Under the pieces are notes generated by a model that searched no databases, had not been told where the DNA came from, and was given only the letters and a program-made list of their open reading frames with translations. DNA of 12,120 nt from Cyanobacteria bacterium P01_B01_bin.77. GTDB lineage: Bacteria > Cyanobacteriota > Cyanobacteriia > Phormidesmidales > Phormidesmidaceae. This document shows positions 1-6,503 of the stretch, piece after piece. A program made the position numbers and the translations under genes. Location of the stretch: assembly GCA_039028535.1 (NCBI GenBank), contig JBCCHX010000116.1, positions 1 through 12,120 of the forward strand, read 5' to 3'. Every line of letters starts with the position of its first letter. Within the stretch, counting starts at the first letter, position 1.

Positions 1-45
1 ATGCTTATAGTTTTCTTGAGGCAATTAATGGTTTAGGCAAGAACC

Positions 46-1938
46 TTGAAGACGAAGATTTATTCTAATGATATCAATCAAATGATAAACTTCAAAGCAC
101 TAGAAATAAGATCTAATAACAACTATTCTTTCGTTGGCATAGAAAAAAAGCAAGGTAAAACTTATTTTTTTATACCTAAGGGTTTTTCATTTATAGATTA
201 TCAATTTCTGAGTAACTATGATGAAAAACGAGATCTATTTTTCAATTTTTATAAAATAATCAAAGAATTTAAATATATTTGTGAGGAGAAAGGATACCTA
301 GAGAAAATTGCTAAAGATCGAGATGGAACTATTATTAAAAACCTTGGTTCTAAAATAGAAATCAATGTAGAGGGCAATGAAAATATATTTTATTCGAAAC
401 TCGATCTAATTGGGGATTTTTTAGATGCTTATGATGAGCTAAGAATATTAGCACTAAAATATAGATTAGGAAAAAAGCAAAAATTTGATGTCGGTCAAAT
501 TCACAAATACTTACACCAAGCCATATATCTACCTAACAACGCTGCCTATGTTGATGAGATGTTAATCCCGAGACAAGCAATACAATTTGAAGCTACTGAT
601 ATCGTTTCAATGTATTGCTATATCTTTGTAGAAATAAAACAGCAACTAAGGGAAAGTGTTGCTTTAGAAATACAATCATTGTCAGAAAAATTTAGACAAA
701 AATATCTACGAAGTCAGGACAGCATCTTTATTGAAAGCACTTATGATGAAGTCTTAAAAAGCCTTAAAGAGTCATTAGAAATAATAGATAAAAATACGTC
801 TATAAAAGATAATGATTATTGGAAATACTATGAGGCAATAGAGCTTTTCCTATATGGAGATTTGACAGAATTCGAAGATGGACAGATTTGGGGAATTAGT
901 AATTTCCACAGCGTCTGGGAATCAGTATGTTTAACTTACTTGGTTAAAAGTCATAACGCTCAATCACTATTATTTGTTGACACTCGATATATTAAATCTC
1001 AAGTGCTGATAGATGCTGGAATTTCTGATAAAGCCTTGAATGCTAATAAAGCTATATTTAAGGTTAATTCCTCTTCTTTGATTCCTGATGCAGTCTTATT
1101 AATTTCAATCGATAAACAGCTTGAAGAATGTAACTCTGATCAGCTTTATTTTATATCTAGTAAAGATTGGAATGACTATGGATATAAAACGTTCAGCTCT
1201 GGCTTTAGAATTGGATACTCAGGTCAGACAGGAGGTGAGCATACTTTTGAAAGGCTAAAACTATTTTATCAGTATGAATATGGAACTCTTACAATAAACA
1301 AACCACTAAGCAACGAGTTTCATTCTTTTTGGGAAATAGAATCAGATGATATTATAGACTCTAAATATTTACACAAGATGTACTTTTTCAATCACTTATT
1401 CTACTTGGCTCTTAGAAAGGGAATAACTGTTTGGAATGAATTTCTGAATGATATTCTTCAACCATTAAGTGTAAGCTTCAATTTGCGACATAACTCATCA
1501 AAAGGAAATGTAATTACACACTCTCTCCTTAGAGAGTATTGTGTAGTAGTTCGTGGAGAATCTAATTCGCGTCCAAAGTCAGAGTTGCTCAAGGATAACT
1601 TTGAGCATTTCATGGAAAAAGCAAAAGACATATATAAAGGTTTTTTTGAGGTAATTGATGTCAAGTATCTAACTGAGGAATGGTTCCTTGATAAAAAGAA
1701 TATTGAGGATATCAAAAATCGTAGTGTACGTAAGCAGTTTGTATATGAGTACTTACTACAAAAGTATTTAGAGAGTGATAGAGATAAATCTAATAGAGTG
1801 ATCCAAAGCAGTTTCTGGCTACCTAAAACTCCAGTTGCTGGCAATAGCTTTTCAGAGCCAGGTGCAGAATTTATGAATGGATGTATCCATCTGAGGAATA
1901 TTGATTTTATGAAAATAGCTCAGGCTTACTTAGAATAG
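46..1938 (+). CDS. Putative PD-(D/E)xK restriction-endonuclease-like protein (McrC/LlaJI-type subunit suspected; family assignment tentative)
   Basis: Uninterrupted 630-codon ORF with TTG at 46; the first in-frame ATG is at 82. Nuclease-like motifs are LIPD348AVLL (D at nt 1087-1089) and FFE535-V-I-D538-V-K540-Y (nt 1648-1668), followed by RKQFVYEY. This resembles the PD...(D/E)xK-Y...Q..Y pattern of McrC-type nucleases. D528 (AKDIY) is an alternative first acidic residue much closer to D538. The ORF is far more AT-rich than the rest of the window. No homology search was possible. Confidence 0.5.
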   Translation: MKTKIYSNDINQMINFKALEIRSNNNYSFVGIEKKQGKTYFFIPKGFSFIDYQFLSNYDEKRDLFFNFYKIIKEFKYICEEKGYLEKIAKDRDGTIIKNLGSKIEINVEGNENIFYSKLDLIGDFLDAYDELRILALKYRLGKKQKFDVGQIHKYLHQAIYLPNNAAYVDEMLIPRQAIQFEATDIVSMYCYIFVEIKQQLRESVALEIQSLSEKFRQKYLRSQDSIFIESTYDEVLKSLKESLEIIDKNTSIKDNDYWKYYEAIELFLYGDLTEFEDGQIWGISNFHSVWESVCLTYLVKSHNAQSLLFVDTRYIKSQVLIDAGISDKALNANKAIFKVNSSSLIPDAVLLISIDKQLEECNSDQLYFISSKDWNDYGYKTFSSGFRIGYSGQTGGEHTFERLKLFYQYEYGTLTINKPLSNEFHSFWEIESDDIIDSKYLHKMYFFNHLFYLALRKGITVWNEFLNDILQPLSVSFNLRHNSSKGNVITHSLLREYCVVVRGESNSRPKSELLKDNFEHFMEKAKDIYKGFFEVIDVKYLTEEWFLDKKNIEDIKNRSVRKQFVYEYLLQKYLESDRDKSNRVIQSSFWLPKTPVAGNSFSEPGAEFMNGCIHLRNIDFMKIAQAYLE

Positions 1939-2063
1939 TGGCTTCTGTAAGCTAGAGCCTTATTACATGCCCTGTATTTATATGTCTATTTAGCTTGGAA
2001 CGTATTGCATAAGCCATACTATTGAGCAATGGCCCTACAGGCTATTGAAAGAATATCTAAACT

Positions 2064-2092
2064 AGCCCTTGTGATTGCACAAGGGCTTTTTA
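2064..2092 (+). terminator. Rho-independent terminator downstream of the AT-rich ORF
   Basis: Perfect 10-bp stem AGCCCTTGTG (2064-2073) / CACAAGGGCT (2078-2087) with loop ATTG, followed by TTTT at 2088-2091. On the opposite strand no comparable T-run follows the stem, so it is oriented for the + strand. Confidence 0.75.
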
Positions 2093-2180
2093 TAAGGCTT
2101 AAAAATCATCAAGACGCCTTGCTGAATCTGGGTTAGGCAGGTGATAACAGGGGGAGATGTTCTTTCATGCTCCCTAAACC

Positions 2181-2606
2181 ATGTCCGATCCTTTAACTGC
2201 AGGTACGATCGCAACCCTGATATTCACAACCGCTGTCGGTAAATTGACCGAAGCGTTGACAGAGGATGCACGAAAGCAGCTAACTCAGAAATTACAGTCT
2301 TTGAAAGAGCTGATCGGCTCCAAGTTTCAAGGCAAGGCTAAAGCTGCATTGGCCAGGGCTGACCGGGGAGATGAAACGGATAAGGATACAGTCACCAAAT
2401 ATTTGGGTATGGCAATGGCTGAAGATCCTGCCTTTGCCCAACAGGTGAGAGCCTTAGCCAACGATATTGAGCAGGTTATCAAGATCGACCAAGTCCAGGG
2501 GCAAAATGTACAGAACGTGTTTGGTGGTGAAGCCAATCAGGTAAACAACCCTCAAGGCCCGGTCATCATGGGCGGTAGTGGCAACACAATTAACATCAAT
2601 ACCTGA
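2181..2606 (+). CDS. Small helical protein with a hydrophobic N-terminal helix and a duplicated G/N/Q-rich C-terminal motif (candidate NLR-associated effector/adaptor)
   Basis: 141-aa ORF starting at ATG 2181. The N-terminus DPLTAGTIATLIFTTAVGKL is a roughly 17-residue apolar stretch. Residues about 20-100 are charged and amphipathic (helix-like). The C-terminal 40 residues are Q/N/G-rich, with two aligned copies NVFGGEANQVN (2514-2546) and VIMGGSGNTIN (2562-2594). Composition matches the downstream NB-ARC gene. It ends at TGA 2604-2606, in frame with the next ORF. Confidence 0.6.
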   Translation: MSDPLTAGTIATLIFTTAVGKLTEALTEDARKQLTQKLQSLKELIGSKFQGKAKAALARADRGDETDKDTVTKYLGMAMAEDPAFAQQVRALANDIEQVIKIDQVQGQNVQNVFGGEANQVNNPQGPVIMGGSGNTININT

Positions 2607-2720
2607 CCAGAGTCGTCGAGTACAGGCTCGACAAGGTCAACCCTGCCCTACAGCAATCCATATCCCAAAACGCTGAATCCAGGGGCACCGTTTCAGGCAC
2701 CACCTCTGCCTCGGCACTAT

Positions 2721-5700
2721 GTGCAGCGGCCTGAGCATTTCGAGGCAGTTAAGGCCAGGCTACTGGATGAGAGCACACCTGGCACCTTAGTGATCAGTGC
2801 TATCTATGGCATGGGGGGTATTGGCAAATCGGTTCTGGCTGCAGCTCTGGTCCAGAATGACGAGATTCAACAACGTTTCCCGGATGGGGTACTGTGGGTG
2901 ACCCTGGGTCAGCAGCCAGACATGCTCTCGATGGTGAACCTGTGGATTCGAGAGTTGGGAGACTATGACTATAATCCCACTACTCTACAGGCGGCATCAT
3001 TACACCTGCGAACGTTGCTAGCCGATAGGAAAGCACTACTGGTTATTGATGATGTGTGGCATCCAGAACATGTAGAGCCCTTTCGCATCGCAGGGGCTGG
3101 GTGCCGTGTGCTGGTGACGACTCGGCAAACCAAGATTGTTGGAGCAACCCGCTACGACCTAGATTTGATGACTCAGCAGCAGTCATTGGAGCTTCTCACC
3201 CGATGCTTACCAACTCCATTATCTGAGGCAGAAAAATCATCTGCTGAGACCTTCGCTAAAGAAGTAGGCTATTTGCCCCTGGCTTTAGAATTAGCTGCGG
3301 CCCAGATTGAGGATGGAGTGACCTGGGACGAGCTGCTAGAGGCCTTTCAATCCGAAATGGCGGATCCCGAAGCGCTGGATATTGATAGTGATGTGGCGTC
3401 CTTAAGCGATGAAACCATTCGGAAACGTCGCAGTTTAGTAGCTTCTTTCAAACTCACACTTAAGCTACTTTCCCCGAAACAATTGGAGCAATTTGCCTGG
3501 TTCGGCATTGTTCCTGAGGATGTCTCTCTAACTCAACAGATGGCGGCCACCTTATGGGGAGTGAAGCCCATAAAGGCAGGCAAGTTGCTGCGAGGGTTCA
3601 AAAATCGGGCGCTGCTGTTACCCCAGGCTCAACGAACTGGTGAGAAACCGACCTATCGCATTCATGACTTGGTGCATGATTTTGCTAAAAATTTGCTAAC
3701 GAGTGAGCAGTATTTAGGGGATTTGTCAGGATTAGGCCTCCCTGTTGAAACAGCCCACTCTCAATTTCTTGAGCGATATCAGGATCAAACAAAAGATGGC
3801 CTATGGCATACCGTTCCAGCAGATGGGTACATCCACAGTCACTTAGTTTGGCATTTTGAGCAATCTGGTCAGCCAGGGTTGATACATCAACTGCTAAAGG
3901 AATCAACATCAGACGGACGAAATGGTTGGTATGAAATTTGCGAACAGTTGGGACAGACAGCCAATTTCGTCACCGATACTGCTCGGGCATGGCAAGCCGC
4001 TGGGAGACTCTATGAACAGAATGTGACTGAGTCGATTGCACTGCAGTGTAGATATGCTCTGATTACAACATCTCTCAATAGCCTGGTTCAAAATCTTCCT
4101 CCTACATTAACTGCAGCACTTGTACAAAAGGGATTATGGCAACCAGCTCAAGGACTAGCCTATGTACGGCAAAGTCCGTATCAGTTTATTAGAGCTGAGG
4201 GTCTTAAAACATTAGTGCCTTATTTACCAGGGGCGTTAATGAAAGAGGCATTAGTAATAGCGCGTTCGATTGAAGGTGAGACTTATCGAGCCTATGCTCT
4301 GTGTGGGGTTGCCGAATATGTGCCCGAGATATTGAAGGAAGCATTAGTGATGGCACGCTCGATTGAAGATGAGACTTATCGGGCTAGAGTTCTGAGTTTA
4401 TTAGCTCCCTATCTACCGGAAGTGTTAGAGGAGGCGTTGTTATTAACGCACTCAATTAAAGATGAGATGGATCGGGCTAGTGTTCTAAGTAGCTTAATCC
4501 CTCATTTACCAGGATCATTGATGCCGGACGCATTGGCAATAGTATCTTCCATTCAGCATGAGTTGAGTCGGGCTAATGCGCTAAGTTGGGTTGCCCCATA
4601 TTTATCAGAATTTTTGATAAGGGATGCATTATCGATAGTTCGCTCGATTCAGCATAAGTCTGAACAGGCTTATGCTCTGAGTTTATTAGCTCCATATTTG
4701 CCAGAGATAGCTAGCGAAGCCTTGAGTATGACACCCTTAATCCAACCTGGATATCTACAGAGTGTTGCTCTAAGTTCATTAGCTCCATATTTGCCAGATT
4801 CACTGACAAAAGAAGCATTAGCAGTAGCGCGCTCGATTCAGCATGAGCGTCCTCGGATCGAAGCATTGCGTTCATTAGCTCCCTATTTGCCGGGCGTGTT
4901 GGAAGAAGCATTGGCAATAGCGCGCTCGATTCCAGATGAGCATTCTCGAGCGGATGCTCTAATGAAATTTGTTCCAGATGTGCCAGAGGTATTGGAGGAA
5001 GTGTTATCAGTAGCGTGCTTGATTGAAGAGGAATCTGAACGGGCCAATATCCTAATTGAAGTAGCTCCATATTTGCCACAAGTGGTGAGAGAGGCGTGGA
5101 TGGTAGCTTGCTCGATTCAGAATGCGCCTGAACGAATCGAAGCCTTGGAAAAATTAGCTGAATATGTGCCAGAACCATTGATGAAAGAGATCTTAGTATT
5201 AGCCAGGTCGATTCAGGATAAGCTTTTCCAAGCTGGTGTATTGATTGAGCTAGTAGAGTATTTGCCGGAAGTAATAAGTGAGGCATTCACAGTAGCACGC
5301 TCAATTCAGGATAATTATTCACGTGCTAAAGCTCTAAGTTGGGTAGCGCAGTATGTGCCAGAAGGGATACATGAAGCCTTGGCAGCAACGCGCTTAATCC
5401 AAAGTGAAAAGTTACGTAATCGTGCTTTAAGCGAGTTAGTGATGTACTTACCAGAAGTAGTAGGTGAGGCCTTAGCGATAGCGCGCTCGATTCAGGACAG
5501 ACTTCATAGGGAAAGCGCTATGAGTTGGTTAATCAAGTACATACCAGCCAAGAGTAGTGAAGCGTTGGAAATAGCGCGTTCGATTCAGGATGAATATTAT
5601 CGGGCCAAGGCCTTAAGTTGGGTAGCCGAGTACATGCCAGAGGTAAGGACAGAGGCTTTGGAAGTAGCCCGCTCGATTCAGAAGAAGTATTTTCGAGCCA

Positions 5701-6296
5701 ATGTTCTGAATAGCATGGCTAAATACATGCCAGAAGTAAGAAGTGAAGCATTGGTGGCAGTACGCGCTATTGAATATAAGAGTCTCCGCATCAAGGCCCT
5801 GAGTGCATTAGCCGAGTATATGCCTGAATTAACAAGTGAGGCCCTGGAGGCAGTATTTTCCATGCAGAGTGGGTATGACCAGGCTGAGGCAATAGTTGAT
5901 TTAGCTCCATATTTGCCGGAATCATTGCTCCCTAAGGCTATAGAGATAACTCGTTCAATTCAGGGTGAATGTTACCAGGCTGAGGCAATAAGAGGGTTAG
6001 CTCCATATTTGCCGGAATTATTGCTACCCAAAATCATAGAAATGGCTCATTCGATTCAGGATGAGTACTATCGGGCCAAAGCTCTGAGTGGATTGGTGCA
6101 CATGCTCAAAACAATTGAAACAGATTTTGATGCTTGGCAAAACCTTGTTCACACCTTGGCGTATCAAGATCGCCAATTCTTCCTCACCAATATTCCCAAA
6201 CTCGCCCCAGCAATCATTTCCCTATCCGGCGGAGGCACAAAGGCTTTAGAATTAGTCGTTGAGGCAATGCAAGACGTTTGTCATCAATGGCCATGA
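2721..6296 (+). CDS. NB-ARC (APAF-1/CED-4/R-protein type) STAND NTPase with a C-terminal array of 21 HEAT/ARM-like helical repeats (bacterial NLR-like protein)
   Basis: NB-ARC motifs present: Walker A GMGGIGKS (nt 2808-2831), Walker B LLVIDDVW (DD at 3048-3053), RVLVTTR, GYLPLALE (GLPL motif, about 3267-3290) and RIHDLVHD (MHD-type, from 3660). A helical linker region follows (YIHSHLVWHFEQSG...), then 21 repeats of consensus ALxxARSIQDExxRAxALSxLAPYLPExLxE, and a unique C-terminal cap ending in QWP. The first canonical start is GTG 2721, only 29 residues before the P-loop. The frame is open upstream back to TGA 2604-2606, so the true N-terminus is uncertain. Confidence 0.9.
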   Translation: MQRPEHFEAVKARLLDESTPGTLVISAIYGMGGIGKSVLAAALVQNDEIQQRFPDGVLWVTLGQQPDMLSMVNLWIRELGDYDYNPTTLQAASLHLRTLLADRKALLVIDDVWHPEHVEPFRIAGAGCRVLVTTRQTKIVGATRYDLDLMTQQQSLELLTRCLPTPLSEAEKSSAETFAKEVGYLPLALELAAAQIEDGVTWDELLEAFQSEMADPEALDIDSDVASLSDETIRKRRSLVASFKLTLKLLSPKQLEQFAWFGIVPEDVSLTQQMAATLWGVKPIKAGKLLRGFKNRALLLPQAQRTGEKPTYRIHDLVHDFAKNLLTSEQYLGDLSGLGLPVETAHSQFLERYQDQTKDGLWHTVPADGYIHSHLVWHFEQSGQPGLIHQLLKESTSDGRNGWYEICEQLGQTANFVTDTARAWQAAGRLYEQNVTESIALQCRYALITTSLNSLVQNLPPTLTAALVQKGLWQPAQGLAYVRQSPYQFIRAEGLKTLVPYLPGALMKEALVIARSIEGETYRAYALCGVAEYVPEILKEALVMARSIEDETYRARVLSLLAPYLPEVLEEALLLTHSIKDEMDRASVLSSLIPHLPGSLMPDALAIVSSIQHELSRANALSWVAPYLSEFLIRDALSIVRSIQHKSEQAYALSLLAPYLPEIASEALSMTPLIQPGYLQSVALSSLAPYLPDSLTKEALAVARSIQHERPRIEALRSLAPYLPGVLEEALAIARSIPDEHSRADALMKFVPDVPEVLEEVLSVACLIEEESERANILIEVAPYLPQVVREAWMVACSIQNAPERIEALEKLAEYVPEPLMKEILVLARSIQDKLFQAGVLIELVEYLPEVISEAFTVARSIQDNYSRAKALSWVAQYVPEGIHEALAATRLIQSEKLRNRALSELVMYLPEVVGEALAIARSIQDRLHRESAMSWLIKYIPAKSSEALEIARSIQDEYYRAKALSWVAEYMPEVRTEALEVARSIQKKYFRANVLNSMAKYMPEVRSEALVAVRAIEYKSLRIKALSALAEYMPELTSEALEAVFSMQSGYDQAEAIVDLAPYLPESLLPKAIEITRSIQGECYQAEAIRGLAPYLPELLLPKIIEMAHSIQDEYYRAKALSGLVHMLKTIETDFDAWQNLVHTLAYQDRQFFLTNIPKLAPAIISLSGGGTKALELVVEAMQDVCHQWP
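4158..6110 (+). repeat. In-frame tandem coding repeats, period 93 or 96 bp, about 21 units (the sensor-repeat array of the NLR)
   Basis: Recurrent DNA blocks include GCGCGCTCGATTCAG (for example near 4828, 4918, 5478 and, with substitutions, 5571 and 5658) and TTAGCTCCATATTTGCC(A/G)GA. The adjacent units at about 5879 and 5976 share CAGGCTGAGGCAATA...TTAGCTCCATATTTGCCGGAA. The units translate to 31-32-aa repeats. Confidence 0.9.
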
Positions 6297-6503
6297 GACA
6301 AGTTTCTACATTGAGAGCATAGCATTCTTGCCACTATCGATTAAATGTCAATTGCTTTGGTTAGCACACTTAAACATAATGAGTCATGCTTGAACTACAA
6401 GCACTGTGGCTGTCAGCAAACGGATAAATGACTGTGTCAGCAGCATGGCCCCATTCAGGGAGTAAGGCTCAACTATAATCCAGACTAAGGATATATTGAG
6501 CCA

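Noticed and set aside
1-36. Possible 3' end of an upstream gene (frame 1 reads MLIVFLRQLMV then TAG at 34-36), for example a McrB-like partner
   Set aside because: Only 11 codons are visible, too few to support any call. It is noted only as something to check on an extended contig.
2119-2148. Possible sigma70-type promoter TTGCTG-18-GATAAC upstream of the 141-aa ORF
   Set aside because: The -10 match is weak (4 of 6) and the spacer is non-optimal. Many equally good matches would occur by chance, and the host's promoter consensus is unknown.
2604-2640. TGA plus a downstream hairpin (2615-2632) as a selenocysteine codon with a SECIS element
   Set aside because: The hairpin has only 6 bp and lacks the length and apical features of bacterial SECIS elements. 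Nothing in the protein context suggests a redox-active Sec site (the stop sits in a low-complexity linker). Sec machinery cannot be assessed from this window. Plain read-through, a nonsense mutation or a sequencing error are more economical explanations.
4158-6110. Regular 93/96-bp repeats as a possible CRISPR array or non-coding satellite
   Set aside because: The repeats are in frame within a long uninterrupted ORF and translate to a coherent helical repeat. There is no alternation of short identical repeats with unique spacers.
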